From Pavona decussata (taxonomy: Eukaryota): DNA of 64,000 nt. Of the stretch, positions 1-9,724 are shown one piece after another (the stretch's first letter is position 1; each line of letters opens with the position of its first letter). The stretch is from the NCBI GenBank assembly GCA_977016875.1, contig CDRNST010000006.1:6076001-6140000 (forward strand), read 5' to 3'. Both the position numbers and the translations under genes were made by a program. The notes below the pieces were generated by a model that was given only the letters and a program-made list of their open reading frames with translations, did no database searches and was not told the DNA's origin.

Positions 1-2
1 TT

Positions 3-3000
3 GGCTTTATCCTCCGAAACACAGAAACTGCGGCTCTCCAATATCACCACCCCTCTGCCAATAACAACCTGGTCTTAGAACAGCCTTTCCTGGTCTCCAG
101 TCAAGATGATTTGAACCGCTTGTATGAACAAGTAAACAACATCGATTTCCTGGAGTGGATACGCCAGCAGAGGCCTAACTCTAAATGGGTTGTGGATCTC
201 GTGACGAATGTTACTTGGTTCGTATGGAAACTCCGTGATCATCCCATCGGTCGTGGCAAGTATCTTCCCGGTTATATCGTGGACAACATCGGAATTATCC
301 CGCTCGATCGCGATATCCGAAGAGGCAAACCCTACGAAGATAATCTGTGTTTCTTCCGCTGCCTGGCGCTCCATAACGGTTGCCACACGAAGAACCTAGA
401 GAGGGACACGAAGCACTATTACCAGCAGTATCGAGACGCTGGTCTATCCAAGAAAAAGTTTCATGGAGTCAAGTTAATCGAGCTGGATGAATTAGAGAAA
501 CTGTGCGAAGTTAATATTCAAGTGTACAATCTCGCCCCCACACAGACCCACGGTGAAGAACAGGAAGAAACTGAAGACAAGCCCGACATCACCGCCACAT
601 TGGTTCGCCGCTCACATCGCCATTATGAAAGCACGCTTTACTTGAACTTGTACGAGAATCATTTTTCGTACATAAAAGATCTCGCCCGGTACAGTAAATC
701 CTTCTGTTGTTCAAGATGTGGTAAATACTGGAAACGTGCAAGTAATTTAAGGCAACATGAAGCAACGTGTGATGGCAAAGTCCAGCTCAAGTACCCTGGG
801 GGCGCGTACCATGTTCCGAAAACGATCTTTGAAGAATTAGAAGATGAAGGAATTATTGTCCCAGAGGAAGCACGTTATTTTCCGTACCGCGCCACATTTG
901 ATTTCGAGTGCTATTTCGACAAAGAGAAAGGGCAAGAATTGAAGAGCACAGAAAAATTAAACTGGCAATCGGCCCATGTCCCGCTCAGTGTGAGTGTCTG
1001 CAGTAACGTCCCTGAGTATCAAGAACCGAAATGTTTCGTGACTAGCGGTGATCCAAAAGAGTTTATTACAGAATTTATCGAGTACTTGGTGTCCATCAGC
1101 ACGAAAAGTTCTTCTCTACTCCGAGAACAGTACGCTCCAGTGTTTGAAGCTCTCGAAACCGCAAGAGGTCCGACCAACAATGAAACTCGCGAAGACCAAT
1201 TAGCGCAAATGCTAGTGGATATGCAAGACGGAAATCTAGAGGCTGGCAGTTGTGAAAATGAAAGCGAACAAGAAACCGGAGAAGATAGTGAGGATGAAAG
1301 TAGAGGGATTGATCTGATGGCGAGCGATGATGAGGAGGATGAGGAAGAGATTGAGGCTGAGAACGAGGAAGATCGCGCCTTCTTAGATGACGAAGTCAAT
1401 GAGAACGATCCATCTTTTTATAGAAGATTGAACGTGCAGTTGGATACTGGAAGGAGACTAGAACAGAGACAGAGGCGTGATGAAATTGCTGACTGCGAAG
1501 ATCTGTTGTTTGGAGAGGCACAAACTAGTGACAACAAAGTGCTGAACGAACTAGAAGAGAGACTGAATACATACTTACAAGAATTGCCTGTCCTTGGGTT
1601 CAACTCTGGAAAATATGACTTGAATGCCGTCAAAGAATTTCTGTTCCCGTACCTCATTGAGACTCAACCTATCAAGTTCACTGTCAAGAGAAACAGCAAT
1701 CACATGTGTCTCAAGACAAATTTTCTGAAGCTCCTCGACATTTCCAACTATGTTGCCCCGGGCTTTAGCTATGATCAGTTCCTGAAAGGGTACAAGTGCG
1801 AGCAAACTAAAGGTTTCTTCCCGTACGAGTGGGTTGATGGACTGGACAAGCTAGAAGAAACATCACTACCTCCCCACGAAGCTTTCTATTCATCTCTGAA
1901 GAACCAAAACGTTACAGAACAAGAATACCAGTACTGTCAGCAAGTATGGGAAGACAATGAAATGGCCACCTTTAAAGATTTCTTGGTCTGGTACAACAAT
2001 CTGGATGTAGTGCCCTTTATAGAAGCAGTAGAGAAAATGAGTCAGTTCTGGCAAGACAGAAAGATCGATATGTTTAAAGACGGCATTTCTGTTCCTGGCC
2101 TTACCTTAAAGTACTTGTTCTCGTTTCTTGATGAGCAAACGTACTTTAGTCTGGTTGATCAAGCCAACAGTGACCTGTATCACTTGATCAAAGACAACAA
2201 CACCGGAGGCCCTTCAATCATCTTCCATCGCTACCATGAAGCAGGCAAAACAAAGATCAGAGAAGCAGAGAAAGGCCCGGCTGCTAAGCTGTGTGAAAAA
2301 ATCGTGGGTTACGATGCGAATGCGCTGTACCTTTGGGCTCTGATGCAGAACATGCCAACGGGAAGTTATACCAGACGCATGGCAGAAAATAAGTTTAAAC
2401 CCAAGGGAAGCATACGAATGGCGATCGAGTGGCTCGAATGGGTAGCTCACAAGGAACAAATTCATATTAGACATCAACTGAATAACACCGAGAAGTGTAT
2501 CGGCGATCGTAAACTGCCAGTGGATGGTTTCAACCCGCAGACACAAACTGCGTATCAATTCCACGGGTGTTATTGGCACGCCATGACTGTTCGCTTAACC
2601 GCGGAAAAGAATTTAACGAAAAACGAAACAAGCCCATGGCTGAACTGTTGGAAGAGACGAAGGCCAACACAGAGTACATTAAGAGTAAAGGCTACCGTGT
2701 CGTGGAGATGTGGGAATGTGATTGGCGTCTGCTAAAGAGAACGAACCGTGAACTACAGCGATTCATCGCCACCGAAGTGCGAAGAACTCTCGACAAAGTC
2801 AAGATTATGAGCCCGGAACAAATTTTGAGCGAGGTGTGAAATGAGCGTTTGTTTGGGTGCGTGGAAGTGGATATTCGTGTACCGGACCACTTGAAAGAGA
2901 AATTCAGCGAGATGTGCCCAATATTTAAGAACACGGAAATCAGTCGCGATGATATTGGAGACTTCATGAAGGTTTACGCAGAGGAACACAACATCATGAC

Positions 3001-4072
3001 CCAACCTCGGCGAAGCTTGATTGGCAGTATGAAAGGTGACAAGATCCTGCTGGCCACACCCCTTCTTAAATGGTATCTGGAACATGGATTGGAAGTAACC
3101 AAAGTCTACCAAGTGGTTGAATTCACCCCTGAGCCCTGCTTTAAACCTTTTGGAGACGCTGTTTCAGACGCGAGGAGAGCTGGGGATGCCGATCCTAGGA
3201 AGGCCATCATTGCAGATACGATGAAACTAGTAAGTAGCTACGCCTTTCTGGGAACATAAGGGAAGGGAGCAATACACATTTCATGGATAGAAAAACTTAC
3301 ACAGATCTTTTTAATCTCTCAGGTTTGGAATTCAGGCTATGGCAAAACGATTACCAACCAATTGAAGCACAGAAACGTGGAATATTGCTCTGATGCTGAA
3401 GCTAGCCGTAAAGTCAACACACCTCTGTTCAGAAAGCTAGAAAACATCACGGAAGATACTTATGAAGTAGAGTCCTGTAAGAAGACAATTAAGTTAAATT
3501 TACCTATTCAAGTTGGTTTTTTCGTTTATCAATATGCCAAGTTACGCATGTTACAATTTTATTATGATTTTTTAGACAAGTATCTCGATCGTGCAGATTT
3601 TCAAATGTGTGAGATGGACACGGATAGTGCATATATCGCTATCTCGGGGGATAGCGTAGAGTCTTTAGTGAAACCAGAATTAAAGGCTGAATTCGAACAA
3701 GATAAGTGCAACTGGTTCCCAAGAACCGACACTGCCGAACATAAGGCCTATGATAAGCGAACTCCAGGTCTTTTTAAAGTAGAGAGGGAGGGGCAAGGAA
3801 TCGTGGGATTGTGCTCAAAAACTTATTATTGTTTTGGGGCCAAAGATAAGTTTAGTTGTAAGGGTGTCAACAAGAAATGTAACGAGATCAACAAAGAGAA
3901 GTATTTGAATGTACTGCTCACCAAACAAAATGGTGGCGGGATGAATCGAGGTTTCAGAGTGGTTAATAATACTATGTATACTTATACTCAAGTTCGAGAT
4001 GCCTTTTCGTATTTTTACCCGAAACGAAAAGTGTTGGCTGATGGAGTCAGCACCACTCCACTAGACATTTAA
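3..4072 (+). pseudogene. polB: Protein-primed family B DNA polymerase (pPolB), disrupted and 5'-incomplete
   Basis: Frame is open from position 3. Exo motifs FDFE, GFNSGKYD, YNNLDV; Pol motifs YDANALY, KL/VWNSGYGK (across the intron), MDTDS. Frameshift at ~2580, in-frame TGA at 2837-2839. Joins ORFs 111-2735, 2567-2839, 2849-3259 and 3362-4072. Confidence 0.95.
3230..3322 (+). other. Predicted 93-nt phase-0 spliceosomal intron in pPolB motif B
   Basis: CTA|GTAAGT ... CTTTTTAATCTCTCAG|GTT. Contains an in-frame TAA; removal gives MKL-VWNSGYGKT, restoring KxxxNSxYGK spacing. Confidence 0.85.
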
Positions 4073-4420
4073 AGTTTTCAGTTTTTCTCGCTTGTAAATA
4101 GTTTTTCTCGCTTGTAAATAGTTGTAAATAAATTGTATATAGAGTTTCATTTGTTTTAGAATGTAGTTTTGCAAAAGATTGTAATTTATACATAAATAAA
4201 TCATTGGTTGAATTTAATCATGACTTGGTTTCTGTTTAGCCAAGCGCGCTCGCGAACTCCACGCGCGATCCCACGAGCTCCCTTGGGGAAAACACAAAGC
4301 TAAAACGTGGCGTTATTGGCGTCTTTGGCGTTTTTGGCTGTCGTTTCGTGTGAAATTAGCGATAAAATTAGTTTTGCAAACAGTTTTGTGCAGTTGAAAT
4401 CCAACTTTCAAACCGTGAAG

Positions 4421-4621
4421 ATGGTGCGGAGAAAATGTAAACATTGCCCAATTCTTGGCTGTGGATCTAAATTTTTAGTTCGATTAGCAGATCATTTAAC
4501 TCGCGTACACGGGTTAACCGAGTTAGAACGCAAGTATTGGCTACAATTTGCGAAACTACAAAACACCAACATGGTTCGCATATATGACAAAGAGACTGAA
4601 CCTAAAACGATTTTTCTATAA
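4421..4621 (+). CDS. Small C2H2-type zinc-finger protein of the Polinton
   Basis: MVRRKCKHCPILGCGSKFLVRLADHLTRVHGL; first ATG within ORF 4307-4621. Confidence 0.65.
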   Translation: MVRRKCKHCPILGCGSKFLVRLADHLTRVHGLTELERKYWLQFAKLQNTNMVRIYDKETEPKTIFL

Positions 4622-4658
4622 ATGAGAGTGCATGCAGTTCAGTTAGTCAGTTGTTATC

Positions 4659-5297
4659 ATGGACCCAAGGTGGAAACATCCCTTCCCCGCTCTTGTTGCA
4701 GGACCGACTTGTTGTGGAAAAAGTCAGTTTGTTAAACGTTTACTAGAAGCAGGAGAAGACATGATTGAAGGTGCTCCTGAAAATATCATTTGGTGTTATG
4801 CCATTTACCAGCCCGCTTATGATGAAATGCTTAAAACTATTGCAAACATTACGTTCGCGGAAGGCGTTCCAAATGATTTAGACTCGATGATAAACCCTTC
4901 CATAAGAAATCTTGTGGTCATTGACGATTTGATGCATGAATTGAGTAACAACCAGAGAATAACCAGTTTGTTTACCAAAGGTTGTCATCATCGAAACCTC
5001 AGTGTTATCTTTATTCTGCAAAACATTTTTCAGCGTGAAAAAGAGCTGAGGGATATGAGTTTGAATTGTCATTACTTGGTACTGTTCAAGTCTCCCAGAG
5101 ATAGCAGTCAGGTCAATCATTTAGCCAAGCAAATGTTTCCCGGCCATGTGAGATACATGCAGGAGGCGTTTCAAGATGCGACGAAACGTCCTTATTGTTA
5201 TTTGTGTGATCTTAAACCGGAAACACCTAGCGACTTCCGGTTACGTAGCAACATCTTCCCTGGGGAGACGCAATGCGCCTATGTCAGAAAAGTATAA
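4659..5297 (+). CDS. A32/FtsK-like genome packaging ATPase
   Basis: Walker A GPTCCGKS, Walker B VVIDD, HHRNLSVIFILQ motif; TATAAA-like box just upstream (~4617). Confidence 0.93.
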   Translation: MDPRWKHPFPALVAGPTCCGKSQFVKRLLEAGEDMIEGAPENIIWCYAIYQPAYDEMLKTIANITFAEGVPNDLDSMINPSIRNLVVIDDLMHELSNNQRITSLFTKGCHHRNLSVIFILQNIFQREKELRDMSLNCHYLVLFKSPRDSSQVNHLAKQMFPGHVRYMQEAFQDATKRPYCYLCDLKPETPSDFRLRSNIFPGETQCAYVRKV

Positions 5298-5332
5298 AAA
5301 GAGTGAACCATAGAGAAATGAATCAGTTGAGC

Positions 5333-5659
5333 ATGGCCCAGCGACTGAGAAAGAATCACGACTTTTTGAAGCTCCTGGTAAAGTGTACACCCGCTCAACG
5401 TAAAGCCATTTTGAAAGTTGCCGACGACGCTTTAGTGAGAACCATTTGTGAGTGTGTTTTAAACGTTCTCAAAGGAACAGTGCCTGTCAGTAAACCAGCC
5501 AAGAAAAAGCTCTTAGTCCACAAGAAACCTCTGATTGCTCTCGCTGAAAAAAGTACACCACTCGAAAAGAAAAAGAAACTTTTGGTTCAACACGGGGGAA
5601 ATTTTTTAAGTGTTTTGTTACCGCCCGTGCTTCGTGTACTGAGTTCAATCCTTACCTAA
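5333..5659 (+). CDS. Small basic putative virion core protein with C-terminal QxGG site and amphipathic helix
   Basis: Lys-rich; ends VQHGG|NFLSVLLPPVLRVLSSILT; TATAAAA at 5293-5299. Confidence 0.7.
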   Translation: MAQRLRKNHDFLKLLVKCTPAQRKAILKVADDALVRTICECVLNVLKGTVPVSKPAKKKLLVHKKPLIALAEKSTPLEKKKKLLVQHGGNFLSVLLPPVLRVLSSILT

Positions 5660-5660
5660 A

Positions 5661-6463
5661 ATGAATCATACTCGGCGCATGGTTCTCGTTCCTGAGAACA
5701 CACTGGAACGATTACAACAACGCCATCATATCTTAACACCACCCGTGACACAAACTCTGAAAAACTTGGACAGTGAAATGAGTGATATTTTATCTAGCAA
5801 GGAATTAGATAATGAGGCAAAGGCAAAACTATATAATCAAGTGTTGCAGCGTTACCTGACTTATTATGATCAGCGAAAAGATCAACCCCTGCACGTAAAG
5901 CTGACAGCCGTCAAACCCACAGAAACACCCAAACCAGAGGAAAGTAAGGAATCTTCAGAGGAATCTGCTCCTGAAAAATCTGTTTCAACCGCCGTGGAGC
6001 AAGAAGTGATGAAAAGTGTACCCAAACTTTACAAGAACGGAGCGCGTCAATTGTTGGACAAAATGAAAGAAAATCGAGACGTATTGGACTGGAATGATAA
6101 AGGAGAATTGGTGTACGAAAACAAACCGATTCCTGGCTCTCACGTGGTGGATTTGGTCAATGATATGCTGCGTCACCTTAAAGGCTTTGACCCCGTGGGA
6201 TGGTCGGTGTTTGCGAGGGGACTGGTCGAATGAATGTACCAGAAAATCTAGTGCGTAATCCCCAGAGGCAGAGTGATATTCGAGAGTTTAAAACAAGAGT
6301 GAGAAAAGAGACACCTGACAGTCCTTCCCGTTGATTACCTACGCCACCGACTACAAGCTCAGCCCCCGTGAAAAAGCAAAGACGAAGAGTTGAGAGCCCA
6401 CGCCCTCAGGCTGTGCGCTGGTTACGATTATGTCACGACAAGAGATATTTTTTACTGTTGTAA
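5661..6463 (+). pseudogene. Polinton protein of unknown function, frameshifted near 6226
   Basis: ORF 5661-6233 (MNHTRRMVLVPE...WNDKGELVY); plausible continuation RMNVPENLVRNPQR in a shifted frame, with one more stop before TAA at 6461-6463. Confidence 0.6.
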
Positions 6464-6469
6464 AACATC

Positions 6470-6491
6470 TTTATTTTGATCACTCAATAAA
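6470..6491. terminator. Opposed poly(A) signals where the two gene blocks converge
   Basis: TTTATT at 6470-6475 (AATAAA on the minus strand) and AATAAA at 6486-6491. Confidence 0.65.
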
Positions 6492-6507
6492 ATACGTTTA
6501 AACTAAA

Positions 6508-7038
6508 TTACATGGTGTGTTTATTGCGTTGTGCTATTGCTCTTTGTTTTTTTACATCAGTGCGATATTTCGGAAGACTTAGAGGGAAATGTTTCTCAAT
6601 GAACCGTTTTACAAGAAAATCATTTCGACTTTTATTACTAGAAAATCGATGTACAATGGTGCTCATGTTAACTTGTCTAGAGCGAAATAAGGCGAAATAT
6701 AAACAGTAATGCCCGCAAACCTTCGAGTTTACGCTTTGCAATGTCACAGTATTAAAAATCCAGCTACTAGAATTATTGTTCAAAAAGCTTGTAAATGTTC
6801 TTGAATAATTGCTTGGAGGCAATCCGTAAGAATCGAAAAATTCTCCCTCTCGGTCCTTGGTGAAATAAAATGCAAGCCAGTGCGATCCAGGTTTGTCACT
6901 GGTATCCACATTAGCGATAAACAGAGCTGGGTAAGACGAAACACTTGTAGGTAGTTTGTCTGAAGGGTAGACTCCTTGAAACACGCCTCTGGTATATCTA
7001 TCCTTTCTCAAAATGAGCGTCAGCTGAATGGTATCCAT
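6508..7038 (-). CDS. Adenain-like cysteine maturation protease
   Basis: GSHWLAF (His), FFDSYG (Asp), LQS..VCGHYC (Gln/Cys); intact, 176 aa. Confidence 0.92.
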   Translation of the reverse strand: MDTIQLTLILRKDRYTRGVFQGVYPSDKLPTSVSSYPALFIANVDTSDKPGSHWLAFYFTKDREGEFFDSYGLPPSNYSRTFTSFLNNNSSSWIFNTVTLQSVNSKVCGHYCLYFALFRSRQVNMSTIVHRFSSNKSRNDFLVKRFIEKHFPLSLPKYRTDVKKQRAIAQRNKHTM

Positions 7039-7043
7039 GTTAG

Positions 7044-8378
7044 CTAGTTTGTAAAGTCGTACAGAACGTTTCGGTTTGCGTCAATCTCAATCACGTTTTG
7101 AAATTCGGCATAGATGATGAGGTTGACTGTATTGGCGAGTGGTTGAGCGAAGTGAAGTTCTACTCGCAGGTTACCTTGTTTTATAAGCTCAAAATGGTCT
7201 CCCGGACAGTGATCTGGGGTCAAATCAAATGCAAATAAGGTGTATCCCTGACCGTAATCGCTTCTTGTCACCTGATTGCCTGTATCCTGGGAAAGCTTTC
7301 CAATACCGGAGAAAAGGCTCTGAAAGCCAGCTATGAAATTCTGACCACCAGCCTCGTCAAATTTCAGAAACAGAGGTTTTCTCGGTATCTCTTCACCGTC
7401 CACATACACTCCTACTTGGGTTAAGTTGTGGTGCTTGAAGTCAAAGGGATTGGTGCGGTAACTCCCGTTGTAAGCTTCTGTATCCACTAATCCCAGTACT
7501 ATACGCTTGGGAATTTGCCCCAGAAAGATGTTATCCGGGCTGAAAGTAGGGAAACCTCCGGGAATAGAGAGGACTTTGCAATCGACCCGGCGTATTGGGT
7601 ACTTGGCAGTCGCTTGTTTCAATGCGACCGCATGCCCTAGACTGATGGCGGGTGCTACTTTCACTTTCCTTACATATAAGATGGCCTGTGTAATAACCAC
7701 CTTGTGATTAGCTCCACCGGCTGATGAGACTAGGCAGAAAGAATTTTTGGCTCTATTGAGCTTTAGCCTTAGATTAACTCCGTTTAAAATCAAACGATCT
7801 TGGAAGAAAATATCGCTGTGGATAGGGCCTATCATATCCACCGTGTTGCTGGTCTTTGTAAATGCATAGCGAGCTTTCAAACCCATGTTAGCATCATCAT
7901 CATCGGCCACAGGGTTGACGGTATTCATCTTGCCTGGGGTATCTTTGTAAAACAACGACATTGTTAGTTGACTCGATTTTGCATCTTCTCCGTAGTTCAG
8001 CAATGTTTCAATCATCGCACGATATGGATAAGTATTAGTCGACGCGGAAATAAGCCGCTCGTTCAAAGAAACATCCACTTGTGAAAACAGGGAATGCAAA
8101 AATAGGTTCACAGGTCCCACTTGCTCGTTCGGGTCTAAAGCAGTACCGTTTGCTTTGGTGATCTTAGCCTTCACATACAGTTGTGTTCTTGCTAAATCCA
8201 GATATTCTTCTCCGGACCCAGATACATTAAATTCTATAGGACCAGTCTCGGTAATGTTGCTGAGGGGGTGATACTCAATCCATTGCCCCTTGCTAATAGA
8301 AGTTTGCGTTGAAGGGATGCTAAGCAAATCCAGTTCTGATTTACTACACTCGTTTGATTCGTGATGAACAAAGGCCAT
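7044..8378 (-). CDS. Major capsid protein (double jelly-roll, hexon-like)
   Basis: Intact 444-aa beta-rich ORF; SKSELDL, PVNLFLHSLFSQVDV, YPYRAMIE, NPFDFKH, YTLFAFDLTPD are typical of Maverick MCPs. Confidence 0.9.
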   Translation of the reverse strand: MAFVHHESNECSKSELDLLSIPSTQTSISKGQWIEYHPLSNITETGPIEFNVSGSGEEYLDLARTQLYVKAKITKANGTALDPNEQVGPVNLFLHSLFSQVDVSLNERLISASTNTYPYRAMIETLLNYGEDAKSSQLTMSLFYKDTPGKMNTVNPVADDDDANMGLKARYAFTKTSNTVDMIGPIHSDIFFQDRLILNGVNLRLKLNRAKNSFCLVSSAGGANHKVVITQAILYVRKVKVAPAISLGHAVALKQATAKYPIRRVDCKVLSIPGGFPTFSPDNIFLGQIPKRIVLGLVDTEAYNGSYRTNPFDFKHHNLTQVGVYVDGEEIPRKPLFLKFDEAGGQNFIAGFQSLFSGIGKLSQDTGNQVTRSDYGQGYTLFAFDLTPDHCPGDHFELIKQGNLRVELHFAQPLANTVNLIIYAEFQNVIEIDANRNVLYDFTN

Positions 8379-8379
8379 T

Positions 8380-8829
8380 TTACTTTAAGAGTGAATACTT
8401 CTCTTCGGGTTTCTTCTTTTGCTGTGGAGATGTTTTCCGTTTCTTGTCTGGAGGCGAACTGTTTTTTGCCGGTTGCGCTTTCCTTTTTGTACCTTTTCGG
8501 CCACTCCCTGATTGCGAGGAATTCTGGGACGTCATGTCACCTAGAGCTTGTTTTGCCCTTTTGCTGACTGCGGTTTTAACATCATCTCCATCCAGAACAT
8601 CTTGAGCCACTTGGGCTCCAGTTTGTAATGCCTTTGTGCCCAGTAATTTAGCACCTTGTTGTAAATGAGGCATCGCCCAACGAAACAGACCTTTAAATAT
8701 GGAACCTAAGCCATATCCCTGCTGAAATCGAGCACCGTGAAAAGCTGGTAAATTGCCTCCTTGTTGCTTAGTTTGATTTAAATAGTATTCTTCGTACAAC
8801 TTGTGATTTGGAGTATAAAGTTTCTTCAT
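8380..8829 (-). CDS. Putative core / membrane-penetration precursor protein
   Basis: QQGG, QQGYG and QSGSG putative cleavage sites; amphipathic GLGSIFKGLFRWAMPHL; basic tail. Confidence 0.72.
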   Translation of the reverse strand: MKKLYTPNHKLYEEYYLNQTKQQGGNLPAFHGARFQQGYGLGSIFKGLFRWAMPHLQQGAKLLGTKALQTGAQVAQDVLDGDDVKTAVSKRAKQALGDMTSQNSSQSGSGRKGTKRKAQPAKNSSPPDKKRKTSPQQKKKPEEKYSLLK

Positions 8830-8834
8830 CGTGT

Positions 8835-9596
8835 TTAAAAATTCGCGGGTCTGTTCTGTCGAAAATGAAGTGTAAGCAACACTTTCCCAAGCTCAAATGG
8901 CACCGATTCTCCTGTGTCGCGCTTTATATTGACTTTGACCGTTTCAAACTCTCTTCTGCTGACAGGTAAGTAGTGCGGTCGCTCAAACGACTTACTGACG
9001 CGTTGACCGTCATCACCTTGCACGGGGACAATTCGAAGCAAAGGTACCAGTGCATCTCCGACGAATTGTGCTTGTACAATGTCACAGTAGACATAAAGAT
9101 CGTGAAACCCTTGTTCCAAATCGGCTTCTCTCTCGGCGATGGAAGTGCTTGAAATTCGAGTATTGGAAGAAAACCCGAGCATTTGCCCGATGTTAGAAAA
9201 ATATATTTCGGCGCCGTTTTGTAAGTGAACAGTCACTTTTCGATTCAAAGTATCGAAGGAAAATTGCACATCGTCTTTGAAGCGATCATCCTCACTGACC
9301 ACTTCGTTCATCTTAGCTATAACATCGGTGATAGACGAGTAATGTCCCGGTGGAACTATCAAAGCTTCCCACATACCGTCTAATTCTTGGTTGCGGAGAT
9401 AAAATCGATTTCGGAAATCGCCTTGAATGTTATTCCAGCTATGTGGATAATGAATGTCGGTTAACGCCACTTCCCAGTCCCCGGTCAAGCTAATTGTCTG
9501 AGGTAAACAAACCCGGTACTCTGTCAAAGTGTTGTTGGGGAATTTATCAAGACTACTATTGCTAGGAAGATGCAAGTAAAACTGTGTTACCTCCAT
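8835..9596 (-). CDS. Minor capsid protein (penton, single jelly-roll)
   Basis: FYLHLPSNSS..FPNNT, WEVAL, LYVYCDIV..QFVGD..PLLRIV, LTLHFR; intact. Confidence 0.88.
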   Translation of the reverse strand: MEVTQFYLHLPSNSSLDKFPNNTLTEYRVCLPQTISLTGDWEVALTDIHYPHSWNNIQGDFRNRFYLRNQELDGMWEALIVPPGHYSSITDVIAKMNEVVSEDDRFKDDVQFSFDTLNRKVTVHLQNGAEIYFSNIGQMLGFSSNTRISSTSIAEREADLEQGFHDLYVYCDIVQAQFVGDALVPLLRIVPVQGDDGQRVSKSFERPHYLPVSRREFETVKVNIKRDTGESVPFELGKVLLTLHFRQNRPANF

Positions 9597-9640
9597 GGTA
9601 CCTTGTGTTCAAATGAACGTTTTACTCTGGGTATTCTTAA

Positions 9641-9650
9641 TTTATATATA
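9641..9650 (-). promoter_or_regulatory. TATA box upstream of the structural gene block
   Basis: TATATATAAA on the minus strand ~45 nt before the penton ATG and just downstream of the integrase poly(A) signal (~9697-9702). Confidence 0.55.
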
Positions 9651-9724
9651 AAAAGAAAAAAATCACGCAACAACCAACTTACATTTTCACTTTTCTTTTA
9701 TTGAATTTGAAAACAAAGTCTACA

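Noticed and set aside
1019-1399. Antisense/shadow ORFs over real genes (e.g. 31038-31568, 47390-47698, 55559-55870)
   Set aside because: Mirror the codon bias of the sense gene; no independent motifs.
2560-2600. Programmed frameshift in pPolB
   Set aside because: No slippery heptamer; a single lost G restores YWHGHDC.
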